Source: Bdellovibrionales bacterium (lineage in GTDB: Bacteria > Bdellovibrionota > FAC87 > UBA2466). Taken from it: a stretch of DNA of 64,000 nucleotides. Of the stretch, positions 48,231 through 57,192 are shown in pieces. The position numbers were made by a program, and so were the translations under genes. Where the stretch lies: contig SHZA01000001.1 of assembly GCA_009692515.1 (NCBI GenBank), positions 9,824 to 73,823 of the forward strand, given 5' to 3'. A model generated the notes under the pieces. It was not told the origin of the DNA. It saw nothing but the letters and a program-made list of their open reading frames with translations, and made no database searches. Within the stretch, counting starts at the first letter, position 1. Every line of letters starts with the position of its first letter.

Positions 48231-49132
48231 TTTAAATTCATCTCTAAGTTATTAACTACCGTATCCATCCAATCAAAATAATTTTTAGAACTATCATCGC
48301 CACCCACATAAGCTGGAATCATTACAAGTTTGGCCTTTGTTTTTTCTGCTAAGGTCACACCAGGTTTAGGATCGAAAAAGTTTTCTATGACAATAATCTT
48401 CACTTTTTTTATCTTTGCAGTTTCTATTAATTTTAAAATATGCTGAGCGGTAGGTGAAATACCAGGTTTAGGTTCTAGAAATCCAACGACGTCAAAATCA
48501 AAAAATTTAAATAGGTAGTTAAAGGTCATGTGATAACCGATGACTTTAATTCCTTTAAAGGGCCCCATTTTTTGTTTCCAAACGGCAATTTTATTTAGAA
48601 GCTTCAGTTTAAATCTTTCTAGATTTTGTTTGAAATTTTTAGCATGTGCAGGATCTAATTCGGAAAGTCTTTTCGAAATTAATTCTGCAACTAAAATAAC
48701 TCGCTGAGGATCTGCCATAAAATGGGGGTTTCCCAAGGGGTGAATATCACCGTCAGATCTATCGGCTTGTGCCCGAATCTCAATGGGGATAATGGCTTCA
48801 GAAACAGATAAACACCCCGGTTCCCCCGGAAGTAGTTTCGGTTGGCGAGCACCACGAAGAAGAAGGGGCAACCAACCACTTTCCAATTCAAGCCCAATGG
48901 AAATGACTAGATCGGCCCGACTCACCGCCACCAAAAACGAAGGTTTCGCTTCGACATAATGAGGGTCCTGTGTGCCTTTAGCTATCGACGATACAGAGAT
49001 GAATTCATCTCCGATAGCCTCGGTTATCGAGCGCAGGTCCTCCGTAGTCGTAACGATCCGTAAATTCGCAATAGCAGAACGGGTTATCAATCCGCTTAAA
49101 ACAGAAAACAGTATCCATAATTTAATAGGCAT
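48227..49132 (-). CDS. cluster-9 periplasmic metal-binding protein (ZnuA/TroA-like)
   Basis: It has a signal peptide. The metal-ligand His motifs are TQDPHYVEAKPS and GNPHFMADP. Confidence 0.7.
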   Translation of the reverse strand: MPIKLWILFSVLSGLITRSAIANLRIVTTTEDLRSITEAIGDEFISVSSIAKGTQDPHYVEAKPSFLVAVSRADLVISIGLELESGWLPLLLRGARQPKLLPGEPGCLSVSEAIIPIEIRAQADRSDGDIHPLGNPHFMADPQRVILVAELISKRLSELDPAHAKNFKQNLERFKLKLLNKIAVWKQKMGPFKGIKVIGYHMTFNYLFKFFDFDVVGFLEPKPGISPTAQHILKLIETAKIKKVKIIVIENFFDPKPGVTLAEKTKAKLVMIPAYVGGDDSSKNYFDWMDTVVNNLEMNLK

Positions 49133-50186
49133 GAGCTGGATGTGATCCGATCGTGACGTTGAGTTGAACTAAACTTTGCCACCGCGAACTAGAAACTCCC
49201 GGTTTTTGAGATAGTCCACTCTGAAAACGTATCGTTGAAAATTCAGTAGGAACATAGGCTATCACAAAATTTTCTGCCATCTCTTTTGTAGTCCCAGTAG
49301 CAGTTAAATTGACCTGATCCCATCGGCATCCTATCCAAATAACAGGGTGAATTCTAGCCATTAAATTAGAGTAGACTCCCCAACCGTGTCCCCATTTATT
49401 GGGGTTTGCCGTTACTAGGCCCGGTCGCAGGCCTGAAATAATTTCATTCGTCCAAATTAGAGCAAAGTTGCCTCGTCCTTTTGGAGAAAGGTATTTAATT
49501 GAGAGGTCTAATCCTAAAAACTGAGAAAGTTTTGCCTGGATATTTTCGCCAAAGGAATAGGACACTCCCAATCCTAAAGTGGTTGAATCGGTAAGATCCC
49601 ACAGATTTTCTAAATGGGTAACATTAGCAAGATTTTCATCTTGAGCAGAGGAAAAAAGTCCGGCCATCTTTGCAGAAACTGCAGACACGCTTAAATTAAC
49701 ATACCAAGGCAACGGCACTAAAATATCGGCCTGAATTCCCACCGAATTAAAGGCCTCCTCTCCTAAAATTAATCGATTAACTAAAGGACGATCAATAAGA
49801 GGCTGTGCGTGGGTATGAATTAAATTATTTTTTCCAAAGTTAGTTAAGAATTTTCCAGTTTTAAAAGACACCACAGGTAAACCAAGAGTGATAACCCACC
49901 CCTCTTCAACCTCTAAAGGGCCCCCACCTTCACTACTCAAAATAAAATTCGCAAAGAAATAGGGGTCTACAGCCGCCGTAAACTGCCCCTCTAGCTCCTG
50001 AATCTGAATGCCTTTGCCGGTCTCAATTGCCGACCCCCAATTGCCTAGAAAAAGACCATTCATGCTAATGGCCGGATTCATGGTGCGATCAACCATTTGA
50101 GTTCCACCCAAAAGTTTCCCATAGAAAAAAGTTTCTGCAAAAACTGGAACTGCAAAAAATACTATCCATCCCATTACTAAAAACTT
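49122..50186 (-). CDS. outer-membrane beta-barrel protein, hypothetical
   Basis: It has a signal peptide (MKFLVMGWIVFFAVPVFA). The composition has the alternating hydrophobic pattern of a beta-barrel. It is co-directional with znuAB and overlaps znuA by 11 bp. Confidence 0.4.
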   Translation of the reverse strand, partial: KFLVMGWIVFFAVPVFAETFFYGKLLGGTQMVDRTMNPAISMNGLFLGNWGSAIETGKGIQIQELEGQFTAAVDPYFFANFILSSEGGGPLEVEEGWVITLGLPVVSFKTGKFLTNFGKNNLIHTHAQPLIDRPLVNRLILGEEAFNSVGIQADILVPLPWYVNLSVSAVSAKMAGLFSSAQDENLANVTHLENLWDLTDSTTLGLGVSYSFGENIQAKLSQFLGLDLSIKYLSPKGRGNFALIWTNEIISGLRPGLVTANPNKWGHGWGVYSNLMARIHPVIWIGCRWDQVNLTATGTTKEMAENFVIAYVPTEFSTIRFQSGLSQKPGVSSSRWQSLVQLNVTIGSHPAHAY

Positions 50187-50367
50187 CATTATCGCTCCTT
50201 TAAAGGGAAAAATAGCCGCTGATCTATTGTGTAGCAAGTATTATTTGGGTAATAATTGGCTCCTTTGTAAACTCCCGTTTAAGACGTTTGCGATTTTATT
50301 AAAAAAAAATAATACTTTTTAAGATTGCCAATTTCGATTGCCTTAATAACTATAAAAAAAAATAGAG

Positions 50368-51693
50368 TTGTCTAAGGGAGCTTTAATGCGCAACACGAAA
50401 ACGATGTTCACATCACTCGCCATGATTCTCAGTTTGAGTTCGGTAAGTCCTGCAAAGGAGATAAATTCTAAATCGGCATTGGGAGCGATTCCTCCAATTC
50501 TGTCGGCAACTAATTCTAGAAATATTAATTCAGCGGTCGGGCCTAAAATTGATACCCATGGTCGATTTCAGATTACAAGTGAGGATGGGGAGTCGAGCTT
50601 TCGAGTGGGTGGGCGCCTCCATCTTGATGGTACGATTTATAAAAATGATAGCCAAACAACCATGACCGACGGCTTGGATGCGCGACGAGCCCGACTCGAA
50701 TTTCAGGGTACAATGTACAAAAACTTCGATTGGAAACTCGATTATGAATTTGGGCTAACCTCTGAGATAAAGGCCGGTTTCAGAGATATCTTTATTCGCT
50801 ACCGAATTCCTCAGACGACAAGTTCGATTACCTTCGGACAATTCAAAGAATTTTTTGGGCTCGAGCACATGAACAGTTCGAATGATCTCCCCTTTGTGGA
50901 ACGAGCGCTTCCTTCCCGCCCTTTTCTTGATATTGCCGAGGCCTCCGATGGGCGCCGACTAGGAATGGGTTGGAATGGAAATGACCGAGGTCTCTTTACT
51001 TGGGCTCTTGGCGCTTTCACTAGAAATACTTCGGGTGATAGCACCGATAAAAAAGCCGACCCTTTTTCTTTACAATCTCGAATAACAATTTCCCCCATCC
51101 ACCAAGAGATTGAAGCGGTGCATTTAGGATTGAATGCCAATTGGATAGACCTCAATAATTATGACAGAGCTAAACTCTCTTCACGTCCGGAATCGCGCAT
51201 TGGATCCGAAACTTTAATCAAGGTCGATCTCCTATCTGGAGAGCGAAACTACTCGAGATATGCCCTGGAGCTTGGCCTGATTAAGGGCCCAATTTGGTTT
51301 CAAGGGGAATATCTATTGGCTAGGTTTGACCGGAAAGGGGCGGCTTCCGTCACCTTCAGCGGTTGGCACGCCGATTTAGGTTGGGTTCTTACAGGAGAGT
51401 CAAGAGTTTACGATTTTGAAAGGGGCACTTTTAAAAACCCGCAATTAAAAACCTTTGTAGATCACGGCGGGATTGGAGCCTTCGAATTGGTCGCTCGATT
51501 AAGCAACCTTGACTATACCGATGAGGATATTCAAGGCGGAGTCGAGCACAATTTTTCATCTGGGCTTAATTGGTATGCCAATAGTAACTACCGCGTGATG
51601 TTCACATGGACGAAAGTTCTGAGTATTAAGGGGGGCAGTTTTGATGGCCAAACCCCAAATGAGTTTCTTTTTAGAACTCAATTTGCGTTTTAA
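50368..51693 (+). CDS. outer-membrane porin (phosphate-selective OprO/P-like, or general)
   Basis: It has a signal peptide. The C-terminal signature ends in an aromatic residue (FRTQFAF). It is 441 aa. Confidence 0.45.
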   Translation: MSKGALMRNTKTMFTSLAMILSLSSVSPAKEINSKSALGAIPPILSATNSRNINSAVGPKIDTHGRFQITSEDGESSFRVGGRLHLDGTIYKNDSQTTMTDGLDARRARLEFQGTMYKNFDWKLDYEFGLTSEIKAGFRDIFIRYRIPQTTSSITFGQFKEFFGLEHMNSSNDLPFVERALPSRPFLDIAEASDGRRLGMGWNGNDRGLFTWALGAFTRNTSGDSTDKKADPFSLQSRITISPIHQEIEAVHLGLNANWIDLNNYDRAKLSSRPESRIGSETLIKVDLLSGERNYSRYALELGLIKGPIWFQGEYLLARFDRKGAASVTFSGWHADLGWVLTGESRVYDFERGTFKNPQLKTFVDHGGIGAFELVARLSNLDYTDEDIQGGVEHNFSSGLNWYANSNYRVMFTWTKVLSIKGGSFDGQTPNEFLFRTQFAF

Positions 51694-51860
51694 TCAAACC
51701 TAATTTCAAAACCATCGATAACACCTTTCGGATTAAGCCGAGTTCGAAGTGGCCAGAGGATAATTACCTCGAAGTCCAAAAAGTTACGGATGACTTGCGT
51801 TAAGATAGACAAAGAAGATTGTTTGAGCGGTATTAAGGGCTAGGTATTATAATTATTAAT

Positions 51861-52421
51861 ATGATGCTACTCAAAATATTCATGACCTTTATTCCCATTG
51901 CTTTTTCGGGAACTCTTTACGACAACGCGCAAAATGCTCGGCAAATTTTGGCGTTGTATCCACAGGTTTCAATTAATTTTATGAGCACCTGTCTAGATTG
52001 CACCGCCTTTGGAAAAAAAAAGGCTAATGCCTGTAAGAATAAAAAAAGTAATGAGATCTCAAATTTTTTGCGACACCTTTGCTGGCAAGCCAATCTCACT
52101 TACTGGTATGGTGAATCTGTTGCCAAGGGAATTGGGGATATTCACGAGGGAATTGTGATTAATGACAAGATGTCGACATCTGCAGAACTTGATGGGTGTA
52201 TTGATCAGGCAAATAATAAACGTGGAAGAAGAGTGGGAAAGGATGCTGTTTCAGGACTTACGGGATTAAAACTACTTACCTACTCAACGGTAATCACCTA
52301 TATCCAAGAGGAAATTTTACGCTCCTACGGCGATTATTGCATGGGCCAACCCAAAACCCTTTGCCCTAAGCGCCTACAGCTTCCGGAACGGTCGGAATCC
52401 AAAACTATCGACCATAATTGA
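51861..52421 (+). CDS. secreted Cys-containing hypothetical protein
   Basis: It has a signal peptide and 10 Cys. No family was recognised. Confidence 0.35.
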   Translation: MMLLKIFMTFIPIAFSGTLYDNAQNARQILALYPQVSINFMSTCLDCTAFGKKKANACKNKKSNEISNFLRHLCWQANLTYWYGESVAKGIGDIHEGIVINDKMSTSAELDGCIDQANNKRGRRVGKDAVSGLTGLKLLTYSTVITYIQEEILRSYGDYCMGQPKTLCPKRLQLPERSESKTIDHN

Positions 52422-53106
52422 TAAGTAATACCGAAAATGGAATCCCTATTTAGGTCGACCTCAACACCCCTTTATTCGTACAAAGACCAGCCCCGAGTCT
52501 GCGCGAGGGGTCAAAGGCTCTGATGAGCTGATTTATTAGTCCTAAATTTTAAGTATCACTAATAACTACTCGCCTGCCCGCTTAAAAATGGCCCTTTCTT
52601 CAATCTATCCGTTCATTCTGAGCGCGCCGAAGGATCTTTTCTTTTTCCTCAATTCGTCATGGCATCTCAATACAAGGCGCAACGTATGTAGTATCGCGAA
52701 CGACCTTGTTCGCACTTTCCCAGTCACCGTTCCACCCACGCGTAAATACACCATTCCCATCATCGAACGGGCCTTTTAGAACGCGGCTGCTAAGAGCTGT
52801 GGCGTATACCCCTCACCAGTTGCGTTGGGAACCTCAACGAGCTGCTTCGTCACGTTAGTAACTTTCGGGAGCGTTCCCATAGGCGCCGCCAATAGGACCT
52901 TATTGAGGATGGCGTGTTGGCCATAGACGCTTATGGCTTGTTTCACAATTTTGTCCTACCCGGTTGCTACGACTCCTGTACCCACATTCACTTTAAATAT
53001 TACGGCGACTGTTCCCGTTTCCTCATACTTGAAATTGCTAACGCCCTCTTTGCCGTCGGTCGGTATTTTCTTAGGAAAGGTGAGTGTAAGTGATTGAAAT
53101 AATTAA

Positions 53107-53180
53107 TGGGCCCAGTTGGGATCGAACCAACAACCCCCAGATTAGAAATCTGGTGCTCTATCCTATTGAGCTATGAGCCC
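53107..53180 (-). tRNA. tRNA-Arg (anticodon UCU)
   Basis: The minus-strand 74-nt sequence GGGCTCATAGCTCAATAGGATAGAGCACCAGATTTCTAATCTGGGGGTTGTTGGTTCGATCCCAACTGGGCCCA folds as a cloverleaf. The acceptor is 7 bp with one G·U pair. The anticodon stem is CCAGA/TCTGG with loop TTTCTAA. The T-arm is GGTTCGATCC. CCA is not encoded. Confidence 0.85.
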
Positions 53181-53281
53181 GAAAACATAAGACTTTCAGA
53201 GTCACATGGGCTACCACAGCGAACTGCACTTGTCTACTTACCGCAACGAGACAAAAAAAGGGGGCCTTACTATCTGAAATT

Positions 53282-56200
53282 CTACACCTTCTCAATCATA
53301 AGCTTCAAAGCCACCCCATCAATTTCCTGCTCTACGCTCCAAGCAGCTTTTGTCTTAGGGGCAAATTCGGCCGCCAATACTTCCGACATAATGTAACTTC
53401 TATGAATTTGAAATGCCTGCTGTAACTCTTCTGATGTTTCAAAAGCTACGTTAATTCGATCCACCACCTCAAAGTTGAGATCTTTTCGCAGTTTTTGAAT
53501 TCGGTTAACAAGCTCTCTCGCCTGCCCTTCCTGAATTAATCCAATGTCGAGCTTAGTATCAATCCATACGGTGATACCTCCCATCGTCTGAATTACACCC
53601 TCTTGTTTGGGCTGACGATCTAAAATGATGTCAGCGGGAAATACCTTTTCCCCTTCCATCTCTAAAAATCCATCAGACTCCAGTTTCTCCACCGCTTCGG
53701 GAGTGAGTTCCCGAATTTTTTGAGAAATAGATTTCATCTTTTGACCTAATCTAGGCCCCAAAATCTTAGCATTAGGCTTTGCAGAAAAGCTCACCCATTT
53801 AGCTTCATCACTTGTGAAGGAAACTTTTTTCATATTGAGCTCAGTAGAAATAATCTGACGATACTTTTCGATCGCCTTTTTATCCTCTGGATTTTTAGTA
53901 ATCACTAAAAGCTCTCTTAAAGGCTGCCGAGTTTTTAGCTTATTAGTATTTCTTGCATTTCGACCCATCGAAACTACATTTTGAATTAGAGCCATCTGTG
54001 CCTCTAATTCCTGAAAAATTCTTCCCTGTTTTTGCTCTGGATAGGCACACAAGTGCACACTATCGGGACTATTGTTTTTAACTCTTAAATTCTGATAAAT
54101 CTCTTCTGTAATAAAGGGCAGAATAGGTGCGAGAATTTTAGAGAATTCTAGGATCGTAGAATAAAGAGTCGCATAAGCGGCCTCTTTGTCTGCTGTTTTT
54201 TCCTCCCCCCAAAATCTCCTTCGATTCAATCGAATATACCAATTAGTAAGATCATCGATAAACCCAATTACCTGGGGTACCACTTCATATAGGTGATACA
54301 CCTCCATTTTTTCTTCCACATTTTTCACAAGCGATTGCAGTCTGGAAATTACCCATCGATCCAAATCGTTTTCTAAATGATCTAAACTTTCACTTTTAAA
54401 TTGTGTGGGCTCCCATTGATCAGCTCGCGCGTAGGTCACTAAAAAACTATACGCATTCCATAAAGGCAGCAGTACACTTCGAATAACCTCTTTGACTCCC
54501 CCCTCTGAAAACCTCAAATCTTCAGCATGAGAAGCTGGACTACTCATTAAATAAGCACGTAAAGCATCAGCACCGAAATTATCAAGAATAGATTTAGGAT
54601 CAGGATAATTCTTGAGCCGTTTACTCATCTTCTTGCCATCTTCAGCAAGAACAAGCCCATTCACGATCACATTTTGAAAAGGAGGCTTATTAAAAAGAGC
54701 GGTGGCAATCACAGAAAGAGTGTAAAACCATCCACGAGTTTGGTCCGTTCCTTCAGCAATGAAATGGGCTGGAAAATTTTTTTCTAACTTTTCCTTATTC
54801 TCAAAAGGATAATGAAGCTGTCCATAGGGCATCGAACCACTTTCAAACCAACAATCTAAAACTTCAGGAATTCGCCTCATGAGCTTGCCTGTTTTAGGAG
54901 ATTTAAAGGTTAAATCGTCGATAAAATGCTTATGAAGATCGGTTACTTTTTTGCCGGTAAGTTTTTCTAGCTCTTCAATAGAGCCCACGCAATGCATCTC
55001 TCCATCTTCGCCTCTCCAAATAGGAATAGGCGTTCCCCAAAAACGATTACGACTGATGTTCCAATCCCTAGCATTCTCTAACCAATTTCCAAATCGACCG
55101 TCTCTTAAATGCTCAGGAACCCAACGAGTCTTTTTATTGTTTTTTAAAAGATCCTCTTTCAAAGGTTCTAAGCGAACAAACCAAGTAGAGATCGCTTTAT
55201 TCATGAGGGGGGTATCGCTGCGCCAACAAAAGGGATAGTTGTGGACAAGAGTTTCATGTTTCACTACCGCATTTTTAGCTTTCAAATACTTGATAATCTC
55301 TTTGTCGGCATCTTTGATATTGAGTCCCTTAAACTCAGGGACCTCATCTGTAAACTTTCCTTCAAAATCGGTGGGATCTACAATGGGGATTTTATACTTA
55401 CGACAGATTTCAAAATCCTCTTCACCAAAGGCAGGAGCCGTATGAACAAGACCGGTTCCATCAGAGGCGGTGACATGCTCACCTAATAACAGTCTAAAAG
55501 CCCCTTCAGACTTTTTATCTTTAAAATGAGGAAATAAAGGCTCGTAAGTTTCGTTTTCTAAATCTTTTCCTTTAAACTTAGAAACAATTTCATATTCAGT
55601 TTCTAATTTATAATAAGCAGACAAGCGTGATTCAGCTAACACATAATGATCTGTAGTCGCTATCTCCTTAATTTCTACATAATCAACTTCGGCATTGACT
55701 GCTAATGCTAAATTGGAAGGCAACGTCCAGGGGGTCGTCGTCCACGCCAAGAAATATCTATTCTTAGTCACACTTTTAAATCGAACCGTTAGCGCAGGAT
55801 CTTGAACCTCTTTATAATTAAGTCCCGCTTCAAAGTTTGAAAGTGGAGTCGAAATTCGCCATGAGTAAGGCATCACACGATGCCCCTCAAAAACGAGACC
55901 CTTTTCCCAAAGTTGCTTCACGACCCACCAGACAGTTTCCATAAAAGGGGTGTCCATGGTTCGATATTTATTTTCGAAATCTACCCACCGTCCCGTGCGA
56001 GTAATAACCTCTTCCCACTCCTTTGTGTATCGCATCACAATACTGCGGCAGGCTTCATTAAACTTTGCGACTCCATACTTTTCCACATCTCTGTGGCCGT
56101 GAAGCCCCAACTCATTTTCCACCTCAAACTCTACAGGAAGACCATGGCAATCCCAGCCCCATCGCCTTTCCACATAGCGACCTTTCATTACCCAATACCT

Positions 56201-56407
56201 GGGTACAATGTCCTTTAAAGTACCCGCTAAGATGTGACCATAGTGGGGAAGACCGGTGGCAAAGGGAGGACCATCATAAAAAACAAAGGGTTCTTTGCCC
56301 TCATTGGCCTTTAACCCTTTTTCAATAAGGCTATTTTCTTTCCAAAATTTTAGGATCGCCTCTTCTAAAGAGGGAAAATGTACATCACTTTTAACAGGAT
56401 TCATCAT
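53282..56407 (-). CDS. ileS: isoleucine–tRNA ligase (type 2, 1041 aa)
   Basis: The HIGH motif is PPFATGLPHYGHIL and the KMSKS motif is KKMSKRLKN. The IleS-specific WTTTPWTLPSN and the editing domain are present. Confidence 0.9.
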   Translation of the reverse strand: MMNPVKSDVHFPSLEEAILKFWKENSLIEKGLKANEGKEPFVFYDGPPFATGLPHYGHILAGTLKDIVPRYWVMKGRYVERRWGWDCHGLPVEFEVENELGLHGHRDVEKYGVAKFNEACRSIVMRYTKEWEEVITRTGRWVDFENKYRTMDTPFMETVWWVVKQLWEKGLVFEGHRVMPYSWRISTPLSNFEAGLNYKEVQDPALTVRFKSVTKNRYFLAWTTTPWTLPSNLALAVNAEVDYVEIKEIATTDHYVLAESRLSAYYKLETEYEIVSKFKGKDLENETYEPLFPHFKDKKSEGAFRLLLGEHVTASDGTGLVHTAPAFGEEDFEICRKYKIPIVDPTDFEGKFTDEVPEFKGLNIKDADKEIIKYLKAKNAVVKHETLVHNYPFCWRSDTPLMNKAISTWFVRLEPLKEDLLKNNKKTRWVPEHLRDGRFGNWLENARDWNISRNRFWGTPIPIWRGEDGEMHCVGSIEELEKLTGKKVTDLHKHFIDDLTFKSPKTGKLMRRIPEVLDCWFESGSMPYGQLHYPFENKEKLEKNFPAHFIAEGTDQTRGWFYTLSVIATALFNKPPFQNVIVNGLVLAEDGKKMSKRLKNYPDPKSILDNFGADALRAYLMSSPASHAEDLRFSEGGVKEVIRSVLLPLWNAYSFLVTYARADQWEPTQFKSESLDHLENDLDRWVISRLQSLVKNVEEKMEVYHLYEVVPQVIGFIDDLTNWYIRLNRRRFWGEEKTADKEAAYATLYSTILEFSKILAPILPFITEEIYQNLRVKNNSPDSVHLCAYPEQKQGRIFQELEAQMALIQNVVSMGRNARNTNKLKTRQPLRELLVITKNPEDKKAIEKYRQIISTELNMKKVSFTSDEAKWVSFSAKPNAKILGPRLGQKMKSISQKIRELTPEAVEKLESDGFLEMEGEKVFPADIILDRQPKQEGVIQTMGGITVWIDTKLDIGLIQEGQARELVNRIQKLRKDLNFEVVDRINVAFETSEELQQAFQIHRSYIMSEVLAAEFAPKTKAAWSVEQEIDGVALKLMIEKV

Positions 56408-56470
56408 GGTCTCAATTCCTATTTAAGCAAATTACACTAGCCTAAAGGATTGAGCAATCTCAGTAAAAAC

Positions 56471-56905
56471 CTAATACCTGCGTTGAGGACCATAGTTCTG
56501 CTGAGGGTAGTTGTACCTCTGTTGAGGATAGTAGTTCTGCTGAGGATAATTATATCTCTGTTGAGGATAATTATTTTGCTGAGGATAGTAGTTCTGTTGA
56601 GGATAATTATTTTGCTGAGGAGAGTAGTTCTGCTGAGGATAATTATTCTGCTGGGGATAATTATTTTGCTGAGGAAAACTATTGCAAGAGTTTACATCGA
56701 TATATGTGTTGTCATTATAAAGTATGTAACAACCACATTCATCACATTGGCATTGCCCATTATCATTGGGCTGCGCTAATGGAGCCGATGGAGTCGATGG
56801 AGCCACTCTTGGAGGACTATTTGGGCTAGGAGTTGCCTCATTCTTGCCGCAGGCAGAAACCAATAAAAGAGCCGCTAACATAGGTACTAAAAACTTTTTA
56901 TTCAT
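56471..56905 (-). CDS. lipoprotein with Q/N/Y/P-rich tandem repeats (YPQQNN)n
   Basis: It has a signal peptide and lipobox (LLLVSACG), then a Cys-containing linker. About 14 imperfect repeats of YPQQN(N)Y run to the C-terminus. The DNA shows a 15- to 18-bp periodicity. Confidence 0.6.
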   Translation of the reverse strand: MNKKFLVPMLAALLLVSACGKNEATPSPNSPPRVAPSTPSAPLAQPNDNGQCQCDECGCYILYNDNTYIDVNSCNSFPQQNNYPQQNNYPQQNYSPQQNNYPQQNYYPQQNNYPQQRYNYPQQNYYPQQRYNYPQQNYGPQRRY

Positions 56906-57192
56906 TACAATCGCAAGTGGAATAGTCCACCCCTCCCGATAGACCGGTAAAGCAGCTTTGATGCCACATTCACTGAGCCTATTTTTTGTCGACTCTTCAC
57001 AAAAACGACAAGTTGTGTCTAAGATTTAGGCCTAAAAACAAAAATGGGCACTCTGGTATCCTTGCTCGTTCTCAACGTAACTGGGCCATTCTGGCCCAGG
57101 GGCCCCTCTAGGGTGCCATCATTTTCGCGCCAGACATAATCTCTGCTCTCATTAAATAACTTAATAGCTCCGATAACACAGGGGGAGATCAG

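Noticed and set aside
53106-53396. 96-aa plus-strand ORF MGPVGIEPTTPRLEIW...
   Set aside because: It is a translation through the tRNA-Arg gene on the opposite strand (the GIEPTTP peptide is the classic tRNA T-arm artefact). It also overlaps the ileS 3' end.
56450-56779. Plus-strand ORF LLRVVVPLLRIVVLLRIII...
   Set aside because: It is the mirror translation of the YPQQNN repeat lipoprotein gene on the minus strand. It has no start context or signal, and its low complexity is a repeat artefact.
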